From Centroscyllium fabricii (Eukaryota): a stretch of DNA of 64,000 nt. The notes under the pieces are model-generated. The model was not told the origin of the DNA. It saw nothing but the letters and a program-made list of their open reading frames with translations, and searched no databases. Position numbers and translations under genes: made by a program. Where the stretch lies: NCBI GenBank assembly GCA_051313645.2, contig JBNRSN020000001.1, positions 102,610,001 through 102,674,000 of the forward strand, given 5' to 3'. Shown piece after piece: positions 37,665 to 49,844 of this stretch. The number at the start of each line of letters is the position of its first letter. Position 1 is the first letter of the stretch.

Positions 37665-40600
37665 TGTGGTAAACCACTCTGTATATATATGTGTGTGTAA
37701 CCAATGGCCTGTGATACTGTATGTAGTTCTTTGTATATTGCTTACCTGGGCATGCCCATGCTAGCCCCGCCTGTGACTCCTCTTCCCAGGACAGGTATAT
37801 AAGCGACTGTCTCCCTTCCCCCATTCATTCTGGGAGCGGTCGACTAGCTGGTGCATGCCCAACCTTTTAGCTAATAAAAGCCTTTTGTTCACCTCGTAAC
37901 TTCTCGTCTCCGAGGTCATTGATACGGTATCAATTTTATTAGCTAAATTTAACCATGGAGACCATGCTCAAACCAGCGACGTTCGAACTGGATCCCCAAA
38001 CACCAGGCGCCTCCAATACTTTTACGCACTGGTTCAGCTGTTTAGAGGCGTTCCTCGCAGCCAACGCGGCGGTCATCCAGACGGAGGAGGACAAGCGGCG
38101 TCTTCTCAACGCCCGGGTGGGCCCCCAAGTTTACTCGATAATCGCGGATGTGTCGTCCTACTTAGATGCGATCCGAATTCTGAAAGCCGAGTACAACCGG
38201 ACACCGAACCTCGTCCACGCCAGAAACCTCCTGGCCACCAGAAAGCAGCAACCCGGGGAATCGAGCGTGGAGTTCCTACGAGCGCTGAGAGTCCTCTGCC
38301 GGGCCTGCAACTGTAAGTCACAGACAGCCCAGGTGCACTCGGAAAGTCTCATCAGGGACGCTTATGTGACTGGCCTCAGGTCCGATTACATCCGCCAGAG
38401 ACTTCTGGAACAAAATGACATGGACCTGCAGGCGACAACTGACCTGGGGAACGCGCTGGACTTGGCGTCCCTTAACATGTTCTCTTACTCGGGCAACCAC
38501 GCGGCCACATCGCGGACGCTGCCATCTTGGGCACAGCCGGCCGCGCCGCAACCGGCAGAAAAGATGACTGTGGCTACGCACTCGAGAGGGCCCAAATGTT
38601 ATTTCTGCAGCGAGGGCCAACATCCCAGGCGAAACTGCCCGGCGAGAGACGCGGCCTGCTCTAAGTGCGGTAAGAAAGGACATTTCGCTAAGGTCTGCAG
38701 AGCAGCGGCAATACCATCCTCCAAACCGGGCAGCACCACGTGTGGGCCATGGGGGCAGCCATCTTGGACACAGCCATCTTCATCACAGCACGCCGCGTGG
38801 CGGCAGCCATCTTGGGACGAGGCCCCAGACCTCTCAACCGACTCGACCGACCCGATACTGGCCTCCATCACACTCGACCAGAACAAGAGCCAGCCACTGA
38901 GCAGATCTATGATGACGGTGCAGGTGAATGGGCAGAGTACAGATTGCCTTTTTGACAGCAGGAGCACGGCGAGCTTCATCCATCCAGATACAGTAAAGCG
39001 CTTCTCCCTTAAAGTCATGCCAGCTAGTCAAGAAATATCGATGGCATTTAAGTCCGAATCTGCGGACGTCTGCGGTCGCTGCGTAGTGACCCTGACAGTG
39101 CGGGGCGTACACTTCAATCATTTTAAAGTATTTGTGCTGCCGCACCTCTGCGCACCCTTACTGCTGGGCCTCGACTTTCAGTGCCACCTCCAGAGCGTTA
39201 CTATGGCGTACGGTGGGCCCCTTCCCCTGCTCACGGTCAGCAACCAGCGCTCCCCGCAGTACCCACAGCACGCTACCTGCGGCCTCTCGACCCTTAATGT
39301 CGCCCCCCCCTCGCTCTTTGCCAACCTCACCCCGGACTGCAAGCCCGTCGCCACCAAAAGTAGGCGCTACAGTACCGGGGACAGGGACTTCATCAAGTCT
39401 GAGGTGAAGCAGCTCCTGAAGGAGGGGGTCATCGAGGCCAGTAATAGCCCCTGGAGGGTGCAGGTAGTGGTCATGAAGACCGGGGCCAAACACCGGATGG
39501 TTGTGGACTAGTCAGACCATCAACCGGTTTACGCAGCTAGATGCATATCCCCTCCCCCGCATCGTGGATATGGTGAACCAGATCTTCAGTTTCGGGTCTT
39601 CTCGACCATCGACCTGAAGTCTGCGTACCACCAGCTCCCCATCCGCTCAGAGGACCGTCACTATACTGCCTTTGAGGCTGACGGCCGCCTCTATCACTTC
39701 CTCAGGGTTCCGTTTGGCGCCACCAACGGGGTCTCGGTCTTCCAAAGAGAGATGGACCGAATGGTTGATCAGTACGGAGTGCGGGCCACCTTTCCGTATC
39801 TTGATAATGTGACCATCTGCGGCCACGGCCAGCAGGACCATGACGCCAACCTCCAGAAATTTCTCCACACCGCCAAAATGTTAAACCTGACCTATAACAC
39901 GGAAAAATGTGTGTTCAGGACAACCCGCCTCGCCATCCTCGGCAGTGTTGTGGAGAATGGGGTCATCGGTCCCGACCTCCTCCTCCCCCACTCCCTCAAG
40001 GCCCTGAAAAGGTGCCTGGGGTTCTTTTCTTACTATGCCCAGTGGGTCCCTAACTATGCGGACAAAGCCCGCCCACTACTTAAATCCACCTCCTTTCCCC
40101 TGTCGGCAGAGGCCCGCACGGCCTTCTGCGGCATAAAGAGAGACATCGCAAAGGCCGCGATGCATGCTGTGGACGAGGCCGTCCCGTTCCAAGTAAAGAG
40201 CGATGCATCGGACTTTGCCCTGGCCGCCACCCTTAACCAGGAGGGCAGACCCGTGGCCTTCTTCTCACGCACTCTCCAGGGCCCCGAGACCCGTCACTCT
40301 TCCGTGGAGAAGGAGGCCCAGGCCATTGTTGAAGCAGTGCGACACTGGAAGCACTACCTGGCCGGCAAACGATTTACCCTGCTGACTGACCAACGCTCAT
40401 TCGCTTTTATGTTCAACAACAAAGAGCGGCGTAAAATCAAGAACGACAAGATATTGAGGTGGAGAATCGAACTCTCCGCTTTCATTACGATATCTTGTAC
40501 CGGCCCGGGAAATTCAATGAGCCCCCAGACGCCCTGTCCCGCAGTACATGTGCCAGCGCACAAGTGGACCGTCTCCAAACCCTGCACAATGACCTCTGCC

Positions 40601-42099
40601 ACCCAGTGGTCACCAGGTTGGTCCATTTCATTAAGTCCCGCAACCTCCCCTACTCCATCGAGGAGGTCAAGATCATGACCAGGAACTGCCAGGTCTGTGC
40701 GGAGTGCAAGCCGCACTTCTTTCGGCCAGACCGGGCACACCTGATCAAGGCCACCCGCCCCTTTGAGCGACTCAGCGTCGACTTTAAAGGGCCCCTCCCC
40801 TCTTCCAACCAAAATGCATACTTTTTAAACGTTATCGACGAGTACTCGCGTTTCCCCTTCGCCATCCCCTGCTCGGACAATGACCTCCTCCACAGTCATC
40901 AGGGCACTTCACAGCATTTTCTCCCTGTTCGGCTACCCCAGCTACATCCATAGCGACCGGGGGGCCTCCTTTATGAGTGACGAGCTGCGTCAGTTTCTGC
41001 TAGCCAAGGGCATCGCTACTAGCAGGACTACCAGCTATAACCCCCGGGGGAACGGACAGGTAGAGAGGGAGAACGCCACCGTCTGGAAGGCCATCCTGTT
41101 AGCCCTACGGTCTAAAGGCCTCCCAGTCTCCCGCTGGCAGGACGTCCTCCCCGAAGCGCTCCACTCCATTCGGTCACTTTTATGTATGGCCACTAACGCC
41201 ACCCCTCACGAGCGACTTTTCGCCTTCCCTAGGAAGTCGGCTTCCGGGACCTCGCTGCCGTCATGGCTATCGTCCCCAGGACCCGTCCTGCTCCGGAAGC
41301 ACGTGAGGGGCCATAAGTCGGACCCCCTGGTCGAACGGGTCCACCTCCTGCACGCCAACCCCCAGTACGCCTACGTGGCGTACCCTGACGGGAGGGAGGA
41401 TATGGTGTCCATCAAGGAACTGGCACCGCGGGTGCCTCCGAGACCAGTACGACCCATCAGCCGGCACCCCCCCCCCTGCCTACCGCCACCTTCGGGGCAC
41501 CAGCACCACGGTACACCGCTCACTACGAGGCTCCAGCACCACATTATGCCCACCCAGCACCTGCAGGCAGCACAGTATGGCCCCCTAGTCTACGCACCCG
41601 CGAGCCAGACGACGAATGGGAGAGCGTGCCCCTGATTGTTACCGCAAGGGGCCAAACGACGGATCGAACGCCCCCGCCGACCTCGCTGCTGCCGACTCCA
41701 CTGCCAACGGTGCGCCCGCCGACTCCACCACCAGCGGTGCGCCGATCGACGAGGCAGACCAGGCTGCCCGACAGGCTTGATCTCTAAGAACTGCGTCGCA
41801 TTCGCCCCGCCGGACTTTGTTTTTAAACAAGGGGTGAATGTGGTAAACCACTCGGTATATATATGTGTGTGTAACCAACGTCCTGTGATAATGTATATAG
41901 TTCTTTGTATATTGCTTACCTGGGCATGCCCATGCTAGCCCCGCCTGCGACTCCTCCTCCCAGGACAGGTATATAAGCGTCTGTCACCCTTCCCCCATTC
42001 ATTCTGGGAGCAGTCGACTAGCTGGTGCATGCCCAACCTTTTAGCTAATAAAAGCCTTTTTTTCACCTCGTAACTTCTCGTCTCAGAGGTCATTGACAC
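37665..42099 (+). mobile_element. Ty3/Gypsy LTR retrotransposon (Mag-like, double CCHC)
   Basis: LTRs 37665-37932 and 41839-~42099 (last bases and TSD lost); PPT AAACAAGGGGTGAA. Confidence 0.92.
37955..41787 (+). pseudogene. gag-pol with stop and frameshifts
   Basis: CYFC...H...C and CSKCGKKGHFAKVC; mutated protease LFDSRS; YLDN RT; SDASDFALAATL; HSDRGASF integrase. Confidence 0.9.
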
Positions 42100-43032
42100 A
42101 GATGCTGACCTGCTGTGGCGCAGTGAGAGCCCCGGGGAAATGTGTCCAAACCAGTGAGGATGGCAGCAGTCAGTGCTTGCATGGCTGCAATCTGAATCTG
42201 CATGAGAGCAGTCTGAGATGGGGTCATGGCAGCCAGTGACTGAATTGCAGCACTAAGCATTTGCGTGGCATCTGCCTGTGCTACAGCAAACTGTTCTGCA
42301 CTCCTTGCCAGTGATTCAATGCATTCAGGCACCCTTCCCCCCGCACTCATGAGCTCAGTGTGCATGTCCACCGCCTGGGTTTTCATTTCAGCGATGAGCC
42401 GCTCCTCCTCTGCGTCCAGTGCAGTAGGACATGATGGCATGCTTTCCCTCTGGGTTGAAGGTCCCCAAGCTTCCCTACCCCTATCACATTGCTGCAGCCC
42501 GCTGGGTCCTGGAGCTTTACCTTCATCAGACCCTTACCCCTGCTCCCCTCCAGTGTGGGCATGGATTTCCTTGGGAGAGTGTGGTGCTGATGCTCCGGCT
42601 TCCACTTCCTCCTCACCTGCAGCTTCACTCCCACTGGCAGCTTGAGGGCCCGTCTCCTCAGCTGGTGAATCACCACCTGAATGCAGGGAGGTACAAGAGT
42701 GGCTTTAGCATGAGGACAGGGTGGCAGTAAGGGAGGAATGAGTGCAGCGATTTTGTAAGTTGGATTGAAAGTGTCAAAGGCTGGTGTTGTGAGGACCAAT
42801 TGGAAGGAGAGAGGAAAAAAAGGTGATGACCTTACCATTGCTGTCCAGAACGGGATCGGTATCTCCAGTGGCAACGGGACCGATCTCTGGCTTGCCACAA
42901 TCCAGTGGATGCACACCTCACGATCACTGAGGGGTTGCAGCTGAGGCCGCCCTCCACCCGTCCGTTGCTGCTGTTTCCTATTATGAGATAGCTGGGCCTG
43001 CAAGAAAAAGGACGGCGTCTGAGTAAATATAC

Positions 43033-43194
43033 AGCCATGGTTTTGCCTGATGTGCCTCCCACTGTTGAATAGCCCTTACTGTATGCAGGCATGGTGTTGC
43101 CTGATGTGCATCCCATAGTTGAATAGCCCTTACTATATGCAGCCATGGTCTTTCCTGATGTGCATCCCACAGTTGAATAGCCCTTACTGTATGT
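43033..43194. repeat. 3 x 54-bp tandem repeat in the Myb intron
   Basis: AGCCATGG...CCTGATGTGC...GTTGAATAGCCCTTACTGTATG repeated three times. Confidence 0.9.
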
Positions 43195-46069
43195 AAAGTG
43201 TGGAATGTGCGTGTGTGTTTGATGAAAGAGCCATATGTCTTGGATGAGTGTTGGGCATTGGGGCTTTTAAGATCCTCTGGCCATAGAGTGAGGTTGAGAT
43301 GGAGGGATGGAGAGGTTTTGAAAGAAAGCCTCTCACCCGGATGACCCGAGTGAGGTTGTTGAACTTTTTTCTACATTGGATGTGGGTCCTGGGCACCATG
43401 CTCCTTGAGGAGACGCTCTGAGCCACCTCCCTCCACACTCTTCTGTACTCGTGTGGCATAGGCCTCCTGCCACTCTCTGGGAATAGTATAGATTTTTTTG
43501 CGCTTCATCGCTAGGCAGAATCTGCAAGGCCCACTCGCTGAAGCGCTGTGCTCGCTCCCTGGCCCTCTCCATAGTCCTTGCCTGAAAGATTTAGCCACAG
43601 GTCTGTCCAGGCCGAGATTCAAGACTCCAATGAGCAGGGTGTGGCTGGAGAGCAAGATCGACCCTCCCCTTTCAGAACTGACCGGCGCCAGTGTGTCTGT
43701 GCTCAATTGGTAACTGATGGCGCCTGGGCTGCGCCCACGCTCTGAGGTAGCGCCTTGCTCCTAGGCTTTAGCGCCTTAAGAGAGGTGTGTAGCACCTGCT
43801 TTAGCGCTCCAATCACCTCCAGGGGCGATAAAAGTCACGTTTTGCCGTCGGAGGCGATAATTAGTGCCAGGAGCTAAATTTTGCGCACGGCCGATAATGG
43901 CGCCCCAAACAGCGCGATCCTGAATTTCTCCTGCTAGGTCTCCTCGACCCTGGGCCTCTTACGACTCCAGCTTCCTTCGTTCACCGGTGTGTAAGGAGGC
44001 GTCCACGGTACCCTTGGCCGTGGGATCCTGGCACTCCTTCTCACTCCTGCCCCCACTGGCGGAACAACTGGTCCCTCTGTGAGCTCCTCACAGTCCCAGA
44101 TTAGGGGCTGGAGACCCACACCTGTAGTGCAGCTCACCACTCCCTGCTGTTTCCTCCTCTTATCAGCTCCTTCCCCAGGGGTGAAAAGCTTGCTCTGATT
44201 GATATGGAACCACTTAGTGCATTGGGGCATTTTGACCAAATATACCATTGGACTTGCCCTATCCATGATACTGTATGGTCCCATATATAGTGGTTCAAAA
44301 ATCCCTAACCTGGTGAAGTTTCTAACCATTACTTGATCTCCTACCTTCCACTCATGGTGCAATAAACAATTTCTACAATGTTGCTTCCCCATGTTACTGG
44401 TAGCCTACCAATGGATCTGTCTGAGAGGCTAAAGCAAATTCTTAACAAACCTGTCCCGGTTCACCTCTCTCAACTGACCTTCTGTGAGAATTGGGGCCAG
44501 TACATGGCTGGGCATTCTCATGACCCTGTCAGTCACAAGCTCATGCAGGGAATACCCTGTGCTTCTAGATGGGCTGGCTCAGACACCCATCAGAACTAAC
44601 AGCAAGACCTCTGCCCATTTTCTAGGCGAGACTCCCGTCTCCTTCCGTAATCTTTCCTTGATTGTCCTATTTATTCGCTCCACAATCCCCAATGACTGCG
44701 GGTTTTGTGCGACGTGCCATTTACCCTCTACACCTAGCATCTTCAGAGTTGCCTGCATGACTGCCCGTGTGAAGTGACTCCCCTGACAGTACTGTGGTAG
44801 ACCTCGCCTAGAGAACAATTCTCTCACTAGAATCCTTGTGATCCCCAAAGTTGTGGTTATTCGGCATGGGAAGGCTTCTTCCTTTACCGTCATACCTGCC
44901 ACTCATATGGACCCTCTACCTTATCTCCCTTAGAAGCATCCCCAGAACAGTATTTAGGGTGGGATCCCATGCCTGGACCATCTTTAGGTCTGGGGCCAAT
45001 GCTACACCTGCACTCCCTTGGGTCCTACCTCTGCCTCTGCTTGCTTCTACCAGACGCGACCCATATGGATCGCAAAAAGTGCCCGTTCGAGCACCATCTT
45101 TGGCCAGCACGTCGGCCTGCTGATAGAACACCGTGCAGGGTTCTGTCTTAGAATGGACCTTGGCCTTGTGGATATAAAAGTCCCCCTGGGTTCCTATGAA
45201 TGTAATGATCTCTTGCAACAATGGCTTGGTTGCTAGGGGTTTCCTGTCAGCAGATATGAACCCGCGACAAGACCAAATGGCTAAATATCCTGTACACGAA
45301 TTGCAAGTGAACATGCTGTCTGAGCAAATCATGTAGGGGATATGGAACTCTTTGGGGTGGGTAACCACATACACCACCGCCGACAGTTCAGCGTGCTGGG
45401 TGCTCATGGTGCTTGGGAGTTAAATGGTCTTGGCAATTCCTGCCTTTGGGTAAAATATCCCGTATCCAGTGAGTTGCTCCCCGGCCACAACTGTACTGGA
45501 CCCATCTACATAGATCTCACGGCCTGTGAGATGGATCCCAGCCCAAAACCCTATGTCTATGTCCCACGCTCCTTCAACAGAACATTTGTGGGCCATCTCT
45601 GGGTAGATCAAATTTGCGGTGAGCTTGGGCTCACAGGGGCCTTTCACACTCAAATTTGTCTGAGAGAGCAACAAAGTCCAGTGAGCAATGCGTGCACTTT
45701 GGAGTATGGAGAAATCTTTGGGGTGGGTAACCACATACACCACCGCCGACAGTTCAGTGTGCTGGGTGCTCATAGTGCTTGGGAGTTTAATGGCCTTGGC
45801 AATTCCTGCCTTTGGGTAAAAAATCCCGCATCCAGTGAGTTGCTGGAGTCACGTGTAGGCCAGACCAGGTAAGGACGGCAGATTTCCTTCCCTAAAGGAA
45901 TCAGTGAACCAAATGCAACAATCGACAATGGTATCATGGTCACCCTTACTAAGACTAACATTTAATTCCAAATTAAATTGAATTTAATTTAAATTCCACC
46001 AGCTACCGTGGTGGGATTTGAACTCATATCCTCAGAAACTTTGACTGAGTCTCTGGCTTACTAGTCTAT

Positions 46070-47265
46070 CACTTACTATCACTACGGCTCTTCACTCTGC
46101 ACTAAACCACCTGGATAGCAAAGATACATATATCAGAATGCTGTTTATTGACTACAGCTCAGCATTCAACACCATCGTCCCCAGCAAATTGTCTACCAAA
46201 CTCCTCACCCTCGGCCTGAACACCTCCCTCTGCAACTGGACCCTGGACTTCCTAACCAACAGACCACAGTCTGTGAAGTTAGGCAACCTCACCTCCCCCC
46301 ACCTTACCCTGAACACGGGGGCCCCACAAGGTTGTGTGCTCAGCCCCCTCCTCTACTCCCTCTTCACTCACGACTGTGCGGCTGTCCATGACTCCAACAC
46401 GATCATCAAGTTCGCGGATGACACCACGGTGGTTGGCCAGATCACCAACAACGACGAGTCAGCCTACAGGGATGAGATCCAGCACCTTGTGGGTTGGTGT
46501 GCCGACAACAACCTGGCACTGAACACCAAGAAAACGAAGGAGATCATAGTGGACTTCCGGAGGACTGGAAGCAGAAGACACACCCCCATCTTCATCCAAG
46601 GGGCTGAGGTGGAAAGGGTGTCCAGCTTCAAGTTCCTCGGGGTCCACATCTCGGAAGATCTCTCCTGGTCACTAAACACCTCCTCTCTGGTTAAGAAGGC
46701 CCAACAGCGCCTGTACTTCCTTAGGAAGCTGAAGAAAGCCAGGCTGGCATCCGGCATCCTCTCCAACTTCTACCGCTGCACAATAGAAAGCATACTGACA
46801 AGCTGCATCACTGTCTGGTATGGTAATTGCACTATCTCGGACCGGAAAACCCTGCAGCGGGTAGTCAAAACTGCCCAACGAATTACCGGTACACAGCTAC
46901 CGTCAGTGGAAAGCATCTACCTCAAACACTGCTTACGGAGGTCTATGAACATTATAAAAGACCCCACACACCCCAGCCACACTCTGTTCGCCCCTCTGCC
47001 CTCCGGGAGACGCTACAGAGCAATTTGCACCCGCACGACTAGATTTCAGAACAGCTTCTTCCCCAGGGCTGTCAGCCTCCTGAACTCTAAAAAGAAACTC
47101 CGGTACCTGCACGCCTGATAATGAACTTTACTGTATGCAATTTATTTATGTAATTTATTTATTTTGTTTACACTACTCTCGGGAGAGTCGAGTCTTCGTC
47201 TCGTTGTATTGTACTAGTACTCTGCAATGACAATAAAACTTGAATTGAATTGAATTGAATTGAAT
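46070..47265 (+). mobile_element. Rex1/Babar LINE, 5'-truncated
   Basis: [35 protein letters not shown]; AATAAA then (TTGAA)n tail. Confidence 0.92.
46138..47118 (+). CDS. Rex1 reverse transcriptase C-terminal part (open frame)
   Basis: 326-aa uninterrupted ORF with RT motifs. Confidence 0.85.
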   Translation: MLFIDYSSAFNTIVPSKLSTKLLTLGLNTSLCNWTLDFLTNRPQSVKLGNLTSPHLTLNTGAPQGCVLSPLLYSLFTHDCAAVHDSNTIIKFADDTTVVGQITNNDESAYRDEIQHLVGWCADNNLALNTKKTKEIIVDFRRTGSRRHTPIFIQGAEVERVSSFKFLGVHISEDLSWSLNTSSLVKKAQQRLYFLRKLKKARLASGILSNFYRCTIESILTSCITVWYGNCTISDRKTLQRVVKTAQRITGTQLPSVESIYLKHCLRRSMNIIKDPTHPSHTLFAPLPSGRRYRAICTRTTRFQNSFFPRAVSLLNSKKKLRYLHA

Positions 47266-49360
47266 AACCACTACACCACTGCCTCTGATGGGATAAAAGA
47301 GCTAGCGGGGATGCCCCATGAAGATTTGGGATCTCCTCATGGCCCAATGTGTGGCAAGCAGTTGCCTCTCACAATTGGAGTATCCCCTCTCTACATCTGT
47401 GAGGATTCTTAATGAGTATACCACAGGCCTCAGCTTGCCATGCCGCTCCTGGAGCAGTACTGTGCTCAAACTGTCCCCTGTGGCAGCTACCTCCAAAAAG
47501 AACTCCTTTCCCCCATCAATCTCTCCTGAAGCCGGTGTGGTTTACAGATCTCCCTTCAGATGTCTAAAAGCTGCCATGCAGTCCTCATCCCACTCCCAGC
47601 CCACTCCCTTGTGGAGGAACCAGAATAGAGGAGCTGCCGTAGTGGCATAGTCCTCTATGAAATCACTGCAATACCCTGTGAGTCACAGGAAGGATCTTAC
47701 CCCCATTAATGTGGTCGGGGCAGGTAACTCTTGTACTGCCTTCCCCCTCACCTCATCGATGGCCCTCTCCCCAGCACGCACGGTCAGCTCGAGGAATTTT
47801 ACTTCCTGCTGGCCGATCTGTGCTTTCTTGGGATTAACCTTGAACCCAGCTTCCTTTAACAGACTCAGCAGCTCAGCCAGCAGGGGGTGATGCTCCTCCC
47901 CCCTCATTGGAGAACAAAAGCAGGTCATCCACATACTGCCCAATCTGCTGTGGTCTGCTGAACCCTTTTAAACAGTTGGCCATACATTGGTGGAAAATAG
48001 AAGGACTGTTATGAAACCTTTGAGGAAGGCAGGTCCATGTGTACTGCTGACCCTTGAAAGTGAATGCAAACTTATACTGATCCTCCCATTTGAGAGGGAT
48101 AGACCAGAATCAGTTTGAAATGTCCAGCACCGTGAATGCTTTTGCAGATGCTGGGATACTCCCGATCAGGTCGGCTACAGTTGCGACGGTGGGGCACAGG
48201 CTGGGATGTTCTTGTTAAGAACCCAATAGGCCACAGTGGCTCTCCACAAATTGTCCGATTTCCTAACCGGCCAAACCGGAGTGTTCACATGGGTCGCTAT
48301 GGGTCTCAACACACCCTGCTCAACCTGTGGTACCAAAGCCATCTCTAAATCTGCCTCTGCCTCTCTGGGGAAGTTGCACTGTTTCTGTGGTCGGGCCATG
48401 GGGTCTCCACCTACTCTGACCTCCACCCCTATTACCCACCCACAGTCAGCTTGTGTGTAGCGAATGCTGCGAGATATGCTCGCACATCCGCTATATACTC
48501 CGCCGGGGTAGAAGTGAACAAAAGTTCAAGGTCATAACTACCCTTGGGCTTCATCATACACACGGGTCCCTTGCCTTGCTTCCCTGGTATACCTACCACC
48601 TCCTTCTCCTTTCCCTTGCATACTGGCCCCCAAAGACAGTGATTCTGGAAATACACCAATATCTTGTGGGACAGTATGAAGTCTGACCCCAAAATGACTA
48701 TTCCCTCCCGCTCCCACCACATCAGGTCACATTTCCACTCCGTATGGAGTGTGCCCAGATCGATGGCTAGCAGAACGGAGAAAGACCCAGCCTGTTCGTT
48801 CCCGGTGAGCCCTATTAATTATATGGGACCCCGCTCGATAGAGGTGATGGGGTCAGGTTATCCACATAGACAATGGAGCTTGAAGCTCCAGTATCCAGCA
48901 GATAGGTCCCTTGCACCTTCACCACCCCCATCTTCATGCACAGACTCTTCCAAGCATCATTACTTAGAGGGCACAGGTAAACGGGCTGAGAAGCCCCTAG
49001 TCATGGGTCGGGATTGTGCGGGGTGGATGGGTCTACGCTGCCCACTGCTGCGTCCACCCTACCCTGCCCTGCCGGAAAGACCGTGCGGAGAGCAGCCACT
49101 AATACCGCAAATGGATCAGTGCTGCTTCCCACCACAGCTGCGGCTTTCTGCACTGGAGGATCCCCTTTCCCACTGCTTTTGTCAGAGACTGGGCAATCTT
49201 TCCTCCAGTGCCCTTTACTCCCGCACCCATAACAACACTGCTTCTTCTCTGAGCTACCCCCTTCCTGGCGCCACTCTCTTCTAACGTTGCCTCCACTAGG
49301 CTTTAACTCGTGTACTCTGCCCTTTGGGTTGTCATCCTCACCTCTACCATTCTTAAAAGA

Positions 49361-49844
49361 TGTGGAAGTGCCGGTGTTGGACTCGGGTGGACAAATGCAA
49401 GAAGTCATACAACACCAGGTTATAGTCCAACAGTTTTATTTGAAATCACAAGCTTTCGGAGTGCTGCTCCTTCCTCAGGTGAAAGAGAAGTTAATTTAAA
49501 GACAGCACATATACAAGGGAGAGAGCAATCTAATCTCTCCCACATCACACTTCAGCAGAGAGACATACAGAGCAGACAAGGGTGTTTTATCATATTTTAA
49601 AATATTAATCAGGCACCAGCCTGAGATCAATGAGGTATAATCACAAAGGGTCAAATGTTGCAGTGCCTGCTCTGTATGTCTCTCTGCTGAAGTGTGATGT
49701 GGGAGAGATTAGACTGCTCTCTCCCTTGTATATGTGCTGTCTTTAAATTAACTTCTCTTTCGTCTGAGGAAGGAGCAGCGCTCCGAAAGCTTGTGATTTC
49801 AAATAAAACTGTTGGACTATAACCTGGTGTTGTGTGACTTCTTG
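49361..49844. mobile_element. Palindromic Penelope-terminus element inside gag
   Basis: ~185-bp inverted arms (~49394-49579 vs ~49663-49848); TSD CATTCTTAAAAGA (49348-49360, 49845-49857). Confidence 0.85.
49764..49793 (+). ncRNA. Minimal hammerhead ribozyme motif (mirror copy on minus ~49450-49478)
   Basis: CTGAGGA-a-GGAGC-agc-GCTCC-GAAA then palindromic AAGCTT. Confidence 0.7.

Larger units (their letters stand above)
37303..43572 (-). pseudogene. Harbinger 2 Myb/SANT gene; last exon split by a Gypsy
   Basis: WREVAQSVSSRSMVPRTHIQCRKKFNNLTR (exon 1), RTGGGRP (exon 2, ~43000-42836), last exon 42676-42100 plus 37664-37303. Confidence 0.8.
35378..43933. mobile_element. Harbinger DNA transposon 2, between ERV integrase and env
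   Basis: TSD CTA (35375-35377, 43934-43936); TIR CGGGGGAAAAATTCAG / revcomp CAGGAGAAATTCAG; subterminal GCGCC motifs. Confidence 0.9.
45845..47285 (-). mobile_element. tRNA-headed SINE (same head as 58165), split by Rex1
   Basis: 45845-46070 plus 47263-47285 match the reverse complement of 58165-58425. Confidence 0.75.
43934..49000 (-). pseudogene. pol: ERV pro-pol (protease, RT, tether, RNase H, integrase), disrupted
   Basis: LLDTGAS (DTG 48895-48887); LDISN*FWSIP, LPQRFHNSP, QYVDDLL (47935-47924); degenerate RH 47496-47302; second RH YVDGS..QHAELSAV..SDS..ADVLAK; IN NPQSLGIVERINRTIK and GPY. Confidence 0.9.

Noticed and set aside
43033-43194. Possible CRISPR-like array (also considered for 1350-2027)
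   Set aside because: Tandem units have no unique spacers, there are no cas genes, and the context is eukaryotic
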